A stretch of 64,000 bases of DNA from Ginglymostoma cirratum (lineage: Eukaryota): assembly GCA_024137785.1 (NCBI GenBank), contig JAHRHZ010000088.1, forward strand, positions 12,467,778 to 12,531,777, written 5' to 3'. Within the stretch, counting starts at the first letter, position 1. Each line of letters opens with the position of its first letter. Below are positions 1-11,872 of the stretch, piece by piece. The position numbers and the translations under genes are program-made. Under the pieces are notes generated by a model, which was not told the DNA's origin, searched no databases, and worked only from the letters and a program-made list of their open reading frames with translations.

Positions 1-291
1 ACGAACTTGCCAGCATCAAGTAAATTGGCATCCAATGAAAATGCCTGCATGACATGTTCCAAAGGCAAAAATCAACTTCACGGCTAGCAATTTTGACCCA
101 ACTGTGAAACACTGGTTTTATCCCTCACTTAATATTCCTCTCCTTCGACTTCACTAGAGAGTAAAACTGACAGGGTATAAGATCAGAATTACACCTCATC
201 CAATCAGCTTCACAATGGGCAGATTAAGTTGCAATTAGCTCCATTGAGCTTTAAAGTACGAATAAAAAATCAGTAGCAGTAAGTATGAGCT

Positions 292-640
292 AAACATAAG
301 AAATAGGAGTTGGAGTAGGCCATTCCGACAATCAAGACTGCCTGCCATTCTCGGAGATCAGAGTTGATCTGCCCCAGGCCTCAACTCCTATTTTGTTCCA
401 GCCCCTCACAGCCCCTCAACTCTTCGATATTGCAAAAATATATATATTTCCTCTTTAAATACATTCAATGATCCAGCACAACTCTCTGGGATAGAGAATT
501 CCAGATATTCACCACCATCTGAGAGGAGAAATTCCTTCACATTTCTGCTTTACATGACTGTCCCCTTTTTCAGTATCTATATCTCCTATTACTGGAGACA
601 TCTTCTCACCATCTACCCTGTCAAGCTCCGTCAGAGTTTT
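292..640 (-). mobile_element. CR1-type LINE 3' fragment
   Basis: aacataagaaataggagttggagtaggccattc... is the reverse complement of a CR1-type 3' tail; related tails recur elsewhere in the window (e.g. ~62400). Confidence 0.7.
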
Positions 641-835
641 TTATTGTTTTTATTCTCTTGTGGGACATGGGCATTGTTGGCTGGCCAGCATTTATTACCC
701 ATGCCAAGGTGCCCTTGAAAAGATGGTGGTGATTCTTCTAAACTCTAATGAGTAAAGCCCTGACATGTTTAGTCATTCTTAGCAAATCAATCTCTCCATC
801 CCAAGAATCAATCAAGTTAATTTCATTGAAACAAG

Positions 836-1177
836 AATCATAGAATCCATAGAGTACAGAAAGAGGCCATTTAGCCCATTGAAACCACACCAACCCCCCG
901 ACAGCATCCCATCCAATCTCCTTAACCCTCCACTTCCCATGGCTAACCCACCTAGCCTGCACATCCATGGATACTATGAGGCAATTTAGCATGGCCAGTC
1001 TACCTAACCCTACATGTCCTTAGACTGTGGACGGAAACCACAGCACCCAGAGGAAACCCATGCAAACACGGGGAGAATGTGCAAACTCCACACAGACAGT
1101 CACTCGAGGCTGGAATTGAACCCAGGTCTCCATCACTGTGAGGCTGCACTGCTAACCACTGAGCCACCACGCCACCC
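836..1177 (-). mobile_element. HE1-like (V-SINE) tRNA-derived SINE
   Basis: On -, tRNA-like head gggtggcgtggtggctcagtggttagc...gggttcaattcc, central gtggagtttgcacattctcccc domain and LINE-like tail; four similar copies in the window. Confidence 0.85.
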
Positions 1178-1319
1178 TATAGATTCCTTAGGATCTCTTT
1201 TGAACTGCCTCCAAAAAAGATAGAGACAGGTGATGGAACAAAGCAAAAGTATTTAGGTGTCTAACTACGCTGATAATTAAAACTAGCACAGAGCTGTAAA
1301 ACATTATCACAAAGAAGTG

Positions 1320-1770
1320 AATGTGATATCGACCTTAATGTCGAAGGGATTGGAATTTAAAAATGTGGGTGGACATGATTCTTGGTCAGAGCCCATCTAG
1401 AAAACTATGTTCAGCTTTTGGCATCAAACCTCAAAAGAACACATTTGCATTGAAGGGATGAACCAGATCCATGAGGATATCATGACTGAAGCAGTCAGCT
1501 GATGAGGCAGGTTCTTGTAACCTTGGCCGCTACTCCCTTGTGTTTAAAAGCTGAGGGGCAATTTAATCCAATTGTTTAAAATAATAACAAAGCAAATTAA
1601 TAAAATATTTCCTCTGGCATAATCTTCAAAATTGATAGATTTTTTTAATCACTAAAGTATCAAGGGATATGGTGCAAAGGTGAGTAATTGAAATTGAGGT
1701 ACAGTTCAGTCATAATCAAGCTGAATGGTGGAACAGGCTGAAGGGACTGAATGGTAGATTCCTCTTCCTA
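1320..1770 (+). mobile_element. Degenerate CR1 LINE 3' fragment
   Basis: Decayed ORF2-end and tail similarity (gaatggtggaacaggctgaagggactgaatgg). Confidence 0.6.
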
Positions 1771-4700
1771 CATAAACTTCACAAAAAAAATTAGAAAAGC
1801 TTGCAAACTTCCATGAGAAATTAACAACTGTTATAAAATAAAAGGGGTCTACGTGCCCTACAAATACATTGAGAAGTCAGAGCATGTGGAAGCATTTGCT
1901 AGCTGTGGAAAGTAAAGGTTCAACTGCATTAGACATTGAATACTAAGAGGAATCAAAAGAGAATAGAAGAAATAAATGCATCTATCGCTTAAACCTATCA
2001 CTTAAATATCTACAATGTCTATTGTACTGACAGTTCTATTCCCATATGAACAATGTAGTGATCTAATACAGCCTTACTAGGATTACCTCTGCAACAATTC
2101 ACGTACCTTGAATGCCCATCTTTGATGTGCTAATGTGTTATTCTCAACTATCAGAAGCAACTTCTGGGCCTTATTAAAATGGGGTTATGTTTAAAGCCTT
2201 AACAAAGATGAGTGTATTAGCCAGATGCATTTTATCCTGATGCTGTCAATGCTCTGGAACCTAAACTGATGTTCTTTCTGAATAAGGTGACTGTTAGGTT
2301 TAAGTAGGAACCTCTTGCAGCTTGTATGCCCCACTGGAGTCTGGTATGCATGGTTATCAAAGTCAGAACTATGAGGTTGCATGAAGACCTAACTTGATGG
2401 AACTGTATGCAGGAAACAAGCAACACTTTGTAGCTAGCAAACTTGTCCATTTCTCTGGTAAACAATTTTGTTTAAATTCCCAAAATAATTGCAATTATAA
2501 AGTAGGGGAAGGAGTCAAAAGTATAAAATTTCAAAGGAGTTAAACAAATGCTTCCTGATGGCTTGGTCAATGAGTAAGTAAGCTATATTGACAAAGTATG
2601 TCCAGGAAGTTATTTGATCTCACCTGGGCGTTATAACTGATCACAGCAGCTCCAATTTAAAGAGGTGAAAAGCAGCAGGATTTGCAAACACTATCCTGCA
2701 GTGCCCTGCTGGAACATTGCTTGGTGAGAAACAAATTGAATAGTTCTACAAATGACCTGAATATACACACTGGCTGTGCTCACACTTTGGACAGGGTACC
2801 AGAAGTTACCGGTGAATCAGTACTTGTCAATACTTTAAGAAGAAAGAAAACTAACAAGGAAGGAAAAAACACACAATCTTGTTTTACTTATGGACTGTAG
2901 CCAATTCTTTCAGGGTGGAGGAATGTGGACTAAGTTTATGGAGAAGAGTATGGAACACATTCACAGAAATGATAACAGGAATGAGAAGCTTTGTTTATCT
3001 GAAGAAGAAATATGAGAAAACGAAGGTTGATTTTAACTTGGCCCACCAAGGGGTAATAATTACCAGTGGGGATAATTGTTTGACCATTAGCCTCTGCATA
3101 TGTTACTTTATCACAGCTAATTTCCAGAGTTTCTTGTTCTTGCATCTGTGGAAGTGAAAACAAAATAGTGTGATCAGAAAGTTTTGACACACATCGACCT
3201 TCATACAGCAGTTCAATCTCAATCTACGTCAGAAACAGCAAATTCCTGTGCAAGTGTATTCTTTGGCTCTTGCATTCTCAGGGATTGCAGGAGTTATGCT
3301 GCTGTCAGTTTGATGCACATTAATTTAAATCACAAATTGGCCATCTGGTTTAGGCTATGTAAAACCTAGCAGTTGTAAAGAATTTGATGAACCTTTATTG
3401 CACATCTGTAATAACTGCATTTGGCACTTTCTCAGAGGAATACACGTTGGCCTTCTGAATATAAATCAACTCTGGACATTGATTTTTAGAGAAGAAAAGC
3501 TCAGCAATAATATTTAGCACTGTCAGTGTACATTTTCACTGAAACCTTCATTGTAATGCAGAAGTCAGAAAACAACTAAGGACCTAACCCTAAGCTGGTT
3601 ACAAATTGGGCAGTGCAAGACCCCTTCAGGAAAATTATCTCATGTTCTCACATTTCCAATTTTTTAAATGTGTCAACTAGCAGCAGAGCTCTGCTTGTGA
3701 ATGTAGAACCACAAACACTGAGCTCCCTCTTGGCCAGAGGAGTTAGATTCACAGCCAGACAATATAAATTCACAGCTGCCAGCTGTAAGCTCGGTAGCTA
3801 GAGTATAACCACAGCCTTAAACACCAACCGTGAAACATGACTCCCATGAGTTATTGATTATTTTTCATTTCAGAACATGTCCACTGCCCTAAAGCCCTTT
3901 TGATTTTTGGGATAGTCCAGTCGATGCTCATTTGTCCTTCCCACCTCTGGAAATTTCAGGTAATTAACTATGTTGACAACTCCCTCATTAAAAGTTTGTA
4001 TATGGCATGCACATGTACAGGATGAGGTTTGATCATGATGTGCTGATAATCAAAAAAAGAGTTGCAATTGATGATTACAGAGACAAAGCTGGCACATTTC
4101 AAACAGTTTCACAAGTGTGAGTAGTGAAACCTAATGTGCTTTGTTTACATGATTGGCATTCTGAATAGAGTGCTATCTACTAAATAACCCTGAAATTTCT
4201 TCCTTCCTTAGAAGCTCAAGGTTTGTTTCATTAACTTTCATTTTATTCCAAATTTCCAAGGAAATGATATCTTTAATGCTTAGTCACATGCATTACCAAA
4301 AGAATGCAAATTTCAAGAATGGAGTTACGCCAGTGTTTAATAAAAGATCCCATTGAATGTACCTTTTGGCCAAACATCCCTTCATCTAAATGGTATCATG
4401 GTTTTATTTCTTTGACAGCATGTCTCAAACCTGCAGCCACACCAGCTCAAGGGACATAGAGTAGAATATAGAATATCCTTTATTGTCACTGATGGGAACA
4501 CCATCACTTTCAGGATTCCCTCAAGTCCCACATCTTCCTGGCTTAGATATGTATCAAAGTTCCTTCTATAATCTGGTTGATATCCTGGAACTCCCTATCT
4601 ACCAGCACTGTGGGAGCATCAACATGATACAGGACTTCAATGGTCAGAAGGCAGATCACCACCACCTTCTGAAGAATACTCAGGGATTGACAAAAAATGC

Positions 4701-5106
4701 TGTCATTGCCAGTGTCACCTACATCCTCATAAAGATTTAATTTCATGTGAAGGATAAATTAACACTTCTTTGAAAATTGAATCTTCAATAGAGATCTTTT
4801 TCCCAAAAATATACTGTCATAATAAATATTGTAAAAGAATTAACAAAATTTCAAATTTGACATTGTGTTGATTAAAATTTGACTCCACTTCTTTGAATAT
4901 ATAACGTAGTATTCTGAGATGCCTTACCACACTTACAACTGAAGATATATTAATTCCATACCTTGCATGTCACACATAAAGCCTGAGTGGGGTTTTATAT
5001 GAGTTTTGCCCATGAATGTCCTAGAATGGGAGCCTGTGGTGGTGCTATTCAACTTTCATGGTGGCTGCATCTCTCAGCACATGGTCCTGATATTGAACCT
5101 TGCCAT

Positions 5107-5402
5107 GGGCAGCATGGTGGCTCAGTGATTAGCACTGCTGCCTCACCATGCCAGGAACCCAAGTTCAATGCCAACCTCGGGTGATTGTCTATGTGGAGTT
5201 TGCATGTTCTTTCTGCGTCTGTGTGGGTTTCCTCCTACAGTCCAAAGGTGTGCAAGCTAGGTAAATTGCCCATAGTGTTCAAGAATGTGTAGATTAGGTG
5301 GGTTATAGTGAGATGGGGATGGGTCTGGGTGGGATGCTTTGAGGGTCAGTGTGGACCTTTTGGGCTGAAGGGCCTATTTCCACACTGTAGGGATTCTATG
5401 AT
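5107..5402 (+). mobile_element. HE1-like SINE
   Basis: gggcagcatggtggctcagtgattagcactgctgcctcacc head through gggattctatga tail. Confidence 0.85.
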
Positions 5403-5560
5403 TTGGTCAGGGATAGTGCCTGATCACCTTTCACGGAGCTGATGGTCTTCCAGCAGCAGTTGATACTTAAAACTATGAAGGTCTGCAATGTGTAATTTTC
5501 AATTTTATGTTGTATGTTTTACACTATACTATAATTACTGTTGTGAGATCCCGATTATTA

Positions 5561-5660
5561 TCAGGAGTCCAGAAGAAGGGTAATATCTGAAATGTTGACT
5601 TTTCCTTGCCTCCAGATGCTGCTTGGCCTGCTGTGTTCTTCCAGCCTCCTGTTTGTTTAC
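5561..5660 (+). mobile_element. Short Penelope-like element fragment
   Basis: cagaagaaggg...gaaatgttgac...gatgctgcttggcctgctgtgttcttccagc; same family as 11777 and 45189. Confidence 0.6.
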
Positions 5661-5888
5661 TGGAGATTAACCTCGACCAAACAAAAAAAGTCTGCAACTC
5701 TTCGCAGAACGTCTTTGCAATGGCACATTCTAGAAGAAGATGAGAGATGATTGTTACTAGAGAAAACAAAAAAAAATGGCCTGTATTGTTTGCAATGAGA
5801 TTGCAGGGCGTAACTGTTCTTTAGTATCGGTGGAAATGAGGCGACCTGACAAAGGATTTCCATCAGTCTGAGCAGTGTGTGTGTCATT

Positions 5889-5980
5889 TGAACAGAAATG
5901 GCTGGCGAAACTCAGCAGGTCCGGCGACAGCTGTGGAGGGAAAACCGAGTTAACGTTTCGGGTCCAGTGACAGTTCTGAA
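5889..5980 (-). mobile_element. Short Penelope-like element fragment
   Basis: Reverse complement reads tcactggacccgaaacgttaactcgg...gacctgctgagtttcgccagc; inverted relative to the 6540 copy. Confidence 0.6.
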
Positions 5981-6539
5981 CACTATACTGTGTGTGTGTG
6001 TTTGATTTCTAATTCAATAGCACTGGTTTAACGCTCAGAGAGGTGCCTTTATAACCGCCCAGCCTCTGTAACTTAAATAGTTTGGCTCCGATTTATTCAT
6101 CACCGACGAGGGCGATATGTCAGTATGACCACGCAAGCCAGGAGGTGTGTGCGAAACAGTTCCCGGTCGAGTCCTGTCTGTACTACATTAGAGAACGCAG
6201 CATCCCCGACTGGCGATGGGGTGTTATGAATATCTGGCTACCCTCTCCCTGTCTGAGACGGTATAATATTTCTATGTGCTTCCGAATGAATTGTCAGCAA
6301 ACATTAGGGCAGTGATTCTCCGAGCTTTCAGGTTGCAATGAGAGATCTCACAATCTGAACAATTTCTGACTGACACATTGCGTTCCAATCATTCCATGCT
6401 TATTGGTTCACAGTATTCCTTCCAAACTTTAGCTTTCCGTCCACATTAAAGCCTTGGTAATTATTTCCTCCGTTCCCCCCACCCAAGGAGCCAAACCGCG
6501 GTCGTAATGCGCACTGCGGACAGTGAGTGACCTGTTTAA

Positions 6540-6670
6540 CTGACGAAGGGGTGACTGGAACCTGAAACGTTAACTCTGATTTCACTCTACAAATGCTGCC
6601 AAACCCCGCTGAGCTTTTCCAGCAATTTCTGTTTTTGTTTCTGATTTCCAGCATCCGCAAGTTATTTTGC
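6540..6670 (+). mobile_element. Short Penelope-like element with hammerhead core
   Basis: CTGACGA agg...cct GAAACGTT aactctg...gctgagcttttccagc...ttccagcatccgca. Confidence 0.65.
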
Positions 6671-6999
6671 TTTTTTAAAAAAAATTTTAGTCTGACTAAC
6701 CTGTCTAATTAAACGGGTACCAGGAGTTGTGCACTGTGGTGGCCCCTGCGCTACACAGCCCCAACCTAACCTAACATTGTGGTAATGTCCTTTCACTCTC
6801 TCCCCTTGCCTGGCATGTTATTAGACAATCCAGTGGTGTGAGGTGGTGTTCAGAAATACAAAATCACCTTCCATCTTCTTTCTCACTCTCTAGCCCAGAA
6901 ATATCTGCCGCCTAAGAACCCAATCTCCAGCATCAAATAAATAAAAACATGCCTACTTAGTGAGCAGACTGTTTAATTTGTCGAAACCTTTTATTCTTA

Positions 7000-7784
7000 A
7001 CTCTTCCCCCCTCCCCCTTCGAGTTGGATTACATTTCTGCAAATTTGTTCGCCTGCAGTTTCTCTCCCTTTAATAATCTGCAATTAAACGGGAAGGTACA
7101 GAGAGGAGGGCGCTGTGAGCCTGCTGCAGAAGGGCTGGGGAGAGGACTCAGCTCTAAAACCGGGGAATATCTGTGCTTGAAACGAGTCTGTCATTCCAAA
7201 GGGATCAGAAGTTTGGCTCGTGCCCCATCACGGTAGTGAGGGTTACTCGTCACTGAGGGGCTCGGTGTATCTTGGAGAAGGAGGGAGGAAGGCAGAATGA
7301 CTGCTCCCTCATTGGCAGCGCTGTGAGGATAGGAGGGGGGGGGTTTGCTGTTGAACTAAATATTAACGAAACGCCCACTTTTGCACGGGTCCGCTCCTTC
7401 TTGGAAGTGGAGGTAGAAGCGATCAGTGCTGACAACATAGAGAGCTGGAAGCGTGTGGCTCATCGCTCGCCTCTCCAACCAGCAGCCTGCACCATCTCAG
7501 CTCTGAGTTGCTGACCTGTCGTCTCTGAAAACCAGGACTCTCCCTGCACACCCTTCTCTCTCTCCCCACCACCCTCCCCCCCCCACCTTTCCCACCCTCT
7601 GCACTCTCTCCTTAACGCTGGCCCCAGTGACACTTGTGAACTCTGAACCAGACCACTCAACTTTGGCAGTGAATTCCGCGATCTTGCATCTTCTTCTTCA
7701 CCTCCACAACCCCCACACACCCCGTGTGTGGGGTGTGAGTGAAGAGGCAGTAAGTTCCAGATTGCCCTCAGTGAAGCTCTCACC
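7000..7784 (+). promoter_or_regulatory. Probable EMILIN3 promoter and 5'UTR
   Basis: Locally raised GC and CpG content, G-rich and C-rich tracts and an inverted CCAAT (attgg near 7311) directly upstream of the ATG; TSS not determinable. Confidence 0.5.
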
Positions 7785-7963
7785 ATGCTGGAGAACACGG
7801 CGGGCTCTGGCCCAGTCATCCTACCTTGTCTGCTGCTGACCACCATCCTCCTCGCTCTGATCGATGCCAAGGGCAGCTTCTACGCCCCTTACCGATATAA
7901 CCTTTTCACCTCAGGGTCTAGCCCCAGCCTGAAAGGAGCGGGACGAGTCTCCGGCCGGCACAA
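7785..7963 (+). CDS. EMILIN3: EMILIN3-like, coding exon 1 (signal peptide and N-terminus)
   Basis: ATG 7785; MLENTAGSGPVILPCLLLTTILLALIDAKGSFYAPYRYNLFTSG...GRHK. Hydrophobic signal peptide; RYNLFTSG resembles the EMILIN3 RYSLYTTG segment. Donor AA|gtgagt, phase 2. Confidence 0.88.
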
Positions 7964-8377
7964 GTGAGTCCCTTTTTCAGCTTTGCTCAAGTCAGTAATT
8001 CTTCAAACCGCCTGCAGTGTGAAGCTTTCACATATTTGATGTAATTTTTATGCATAATGTTGCTTTTCTTTATTTGCACGCCATACGCGACGGGCAGCAG
8101 TGTGCACTTCTGATTTTATGGTCCACCTTCTCAAACCATACTTCTATGTTCTATCTCCTGATCGATTTAGAAAGAGCACATTTCATGCATCATGGAAAAT
8201 TGCACGTGCTTTATTTTTCACAAGAAAACCTCGTTCAGTTATCAATCCGTGCCTTTGTTCAAAGTTTCATTTCTGCGAGGTGGGGAGGAGAACTGGCATC
8301 AAGTGTTGCTGCTGTAAATTGCTGTAGTTACTGAGACAGAGGGAACAAAATTAAATCTTGTTTTTTTTTAACTGCAG

Positions 8378-8503
8378 GAACTATTGTGCTTATATTGTGG
8401 AGAAAAATGTCACTTGCACAATGCAGGACGGGACAGATACCTATGTGAAAGCTGAGTACCGCCAGTGTGCTTGGGGCCAGCTGAAGTGTCCAGGAGTGGT
8501 CAT
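8378..8503 (+). CDS. EMILIN3: EMILIN3-like, exon 2 (EMI domain, first half)
   Basis: Acceptor ttttaactgcag|G; encodes NYCAYIVEKNVTCTMQDGTDTYVKAEYRQCAWGQLKCPGVVM; donor AT|gtaagt; 126 nt. YVKAEYRQC matches EMILIN3 as recalled. Confidence 0.93.
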
Positions 8504-9165
8504 GTAAGTCTTCAAAACCTCCAAACTGTGCGCCAACACCACATCAGTAACACAGGAGGCGTCCGAGAGGAAATGGGCTGCTAATTTGCAATTACAGCTC
8601 ATGGTATCTGTATATTTGTTCCCAGTCTAGAGGTGCCTGCGAACGCTGTAGACATTTTTTTTAAAAGACCTTGTCGCAGTAAAATGCGTTATCCAGATTT
8701 TTTTTTGTACGGGACCCCCAATCCATCGGGGGGGTGGGAAAGGTTTTAATCTGGGACAAATCATTTTAAGTTGGAGACTGTGTGACTTTTTTCCAATTGC
8801 GCGTCGCCTTTAAACAAAACCACAAGTGATTTTTCATGGTTTCAAAATAAACCTAGGGTCGCTTCACGTGCACAAAAGAATACCAGCTTTAAATGACTGC
8901 TTTTGTGCAACATTCAATGGAGGATTGCGCCGAATGCTCTGAGCTGATTAAAACTTGATGGTTGAATGTTCCTGGCTTAATACTACCGAGTGTGTTCGCA
9001 TCCTGTGAAAATTAATACACTCGACTATTTTAAAAAGCGGGATTGTTTGCGTACGTTGATATAACAATTTGAGACAGTTGCCCTAAATTGACAAAATGAA
9101 ATAAGATTCTGAGAAACTGCACTGCTGTCTAAGGGAAAGGAAACTTTCTGAGCAGTGGCGCAGTT

Positions 9166-9179
9166 CTGCCATCTGCTGG
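9166..9179 (-). promoter_or_regulatory. CTCF-like motif
   Basis: CCAGCAGATGGCAG on - fits the CTCF core CCASYAGRKGGCRS; next to a CpG cluster (ccgccgcgcg). Confidence 0.45.
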
Positions 9180-9429
9180 TCTGTAAAGGACCGCCGCGCG
9201 TCCTCAAGTCCAACACCCAGTCTCAGAAAGTGCCAGGTATTTTTCATCGGAAAATACCTTTGACGGCTTTAATGACATTGATATGATTTAGCACCACAAT
9301 TACCCATTTAAATGTCATTACATTCAATTCGTGATAGAGGTCGCATTGAACAAAGACTCCCACTTAAGACTGAACTTGAAAGAATAAATCGTGTTCCCTG
9401 GCACATTTAATCCACAACAGTACAGTCAA

Positions 9430-9890
9430 AACAATCTTTTAATGGAGGAAGGTGGAGTTTTCTAATTGCGTTAGCTTTGTTGGATACGCCAAAGAGAGAC
9501 TGGAAAAACGATTTGATCACTTTACAAGTAGGAGGTTAACTGGAGATTTTTTTAAATATTCAAAAATTGTGAGGGATTTTCATGAAATCAAGAGATGTTT
9601 CAACTGGTGAGTAGACCAGTAACCAAAGCACACAGAGTTAAGCTCATTGGCAAGAATTAGAGGGGTAATTATGAAAAAAATGCAGCTTTTTTGTTACATT
9701 TGGAATGCACAGCCTGAAAGGGTGCTGCAAATGGTATACAATTTACAAGGGAATTTGACATATTTGAGAAGAGTAAAAGAAGTTCAAAGCAATGGAGAGC
9801 GACATGGATGAAAGTGGAATGACTATGATGACTTTAAAGAAATAGCTAGACATGTTGGGTTGTTTGGCCTGTTTCCATATTACAGGATTC
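9430..9890 (+). mobile_element. Degenerate CR1 LINE 3' fragment
   Basis: Decayed CR1 ORF2 end and tail (tggaatgcacagcctgaaagggtg). Confidence 0.55.
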
Positions 9891-11326
9891 AATCATTTGC
9901 TCGTCTAGTACAAGAGGACGCTGTTACCTAAACAGGCATATCTGTCAAATAGTGAGGACACCAGTAGGGTGGCATCATTGGCATAAGGGTGGCCTTCCAG
10001 TTTTCCAATGAGACAGCTTTCAACTGAAAGGCAAGGATAGTGCATATGCTGGCAAACATAGACTGGCACTAACAGCGCAGCAGTTGATGATCAGCCAGGT
10101 TTTAACGTAACCAGTGAATGAGATGCAGAATATTAGAAACATATTAGGTCATTGTTTTGGCCAGGTTCTGTTACTAGCATAGCTTCTTCCAAAAACTGAG
10201 CAGATGCTACCACACACCCCAAAGAATGAAGGGCAGCTGCTGTTGAAATGCAGGTTGGCTACTAGTGCAAGTTATGCTGCAGATGTTATGTCTGCTGTAG
10301 CGGAATTGTACACAATGTGTTTTCTAGTTCAAAGTTTTTTTAACTACTTAAACTGTAAAGAAAACAAATAATTTGTTATGTCAGATGCTGTCAGCAGTGT
10401 AGTAACATATATCTTAATAGGAGTAATTTCATATCCCAGATTATATAAATAATAGTGTCCACCTTAGCATCAATGTAAATCAAAATTATAGTGGGTTATG
10501 GTTTCCTGTATTGATAGCTACCAGGGAAGCTTACTTATTACATAACTGTTCCTTATGGTATTGTTACAATTTATTGTTTGCAGTATTAGCAGCAATGAGT
10601 ATCGGCCATACTTAGTGCAGTTATTCTGATGGCAACTTTTCAGCTCATATTCCAATAAACACAGTAACTAGTAGCTAAGGAAGTGTTTGGTGTGTTCGTT
10701 GCATTGTTGTTTGCTGATGACATTTATGCATCCCGTGAAGTTAAACATTTTTATGTCTGATTTAAAGGAGGGTGGAATATTTTCGTGTCTAAACTAGTGA
10801 GAAGTATATGTTCTCTAGATAAAGGGAAGATCCCTGGATAGATTGTCAGGTAGTCACATTTGGACATTTCTTCCTTGGCGTGGTACTGGTAGTTGGTTAG
10901 TGCACAAATCTTATTGCGTGAAGTGTTCTATAAACGGGAGTTAGCTGAGAAAGTATAAAATTAGAATTTTAAAATAGCTAAAGCAGACTTCTCTGACTGA
11001 TAAGCAACCATGAAATATTATAATAATAATGTTCTTCACTACATCCGTTAAGCATAGACAGCTGCTTGGAAAAGGACATCAAATTGAATTGGGTATGTCT
11101 GATTTTGTTGACTCTTATTAAAACTACTAGTTGACTTGGAGTTTCAGATTATCATAGCAATAAGACTGTATTAGGATTCCTGTTTGGCTTCAAAGAAGTA
11201 ACAATCTGAGAGAATAATGATCACACCATTAGAATTGTTGGTAACTTTCCAAGAAATTTCACTTTGAACTCCATCATCAAAACCAGGGCATCCAAAGTAT
11301 CCATTGACTTTTTTTCCATAATTAAA

Positions 11327-11663
11327 AATCATAGAATAGAATCCCTGCAGTGTTGATACAGGCCATACTGACCCTCTAAAGACCATCCTACCTAGACCCA
11401 ATCCCCACCTGATCCCACATTTCCCATGGCTAATCCACCTAGCCTGCACAACCCTGGACACTACTGGGCAATTTAGCATGATCAGTCCATCTGACATGCA
11501 CGTCTTTGGACTGTGGGAGAAAACTGGAGCACCCAGAGGAGACCCACACAGACACAGAGAGAACATACAAACTCCACACCGTCAGTCACCCAAGGCTGAA
11601 ATCAAACCCGGATCCCTAGCGCTGTGAAGCAGCAGTGCTAACCACTGAGCCACCACGTCACCC
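11327..11663 (-). mobile_element. HE1-like SINE
   Basis: Near full-length copy, clearly similar to 836-1177. Confidence 0.85.
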
Positions 11664-11776
11664 TAAGTTATGGTGAACAAATCTTCCCAAAGATTTTACC
11701 ATTAAATTATCTATTGATCCATGGATCAATTCACTTTAATACTTAATTCAGAGAAGAAAAATCATCAGCTGTATTT

Positions 11777-11872
11777 CTGAAGAAGGGTCAAGACCTGAAA
11801 CGACAGCGTTCCTGCTCCTCTGATGCTGCCTGACTTGCTGTGTTCCTCCAGCTCCACACTGTGTTATCTCAG
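11777..11872 (+). mobile_element. Short Penelope-like element with hammerhead core
   Basis: CTGAAGA agggtcaagacct GAAACG ac...gatgctgcctgacttgctgtgttcctccagctccacactgtgttatctcag. Confidence 0.65.

Noticed and set aside
1800-4400. Possible exons of an upstream gene such as CHD6
   Set aside because: No recognisable coding segment with splice sites could be identified by eye.
5107-5180. tRNA gene-like sequence (also at ~1110-1177, ~11600-11663, ~56505)
   Set aside because: These are SINE heads followed by SINE bodies, with no complete cloverleaf.
7250-7870. Several ORFs over the promoter, including 136 aa on the minus strand
   Set aside because: Low-complexity GC-rich sequence and antisense overlap with exon 1; no recognisable domain.
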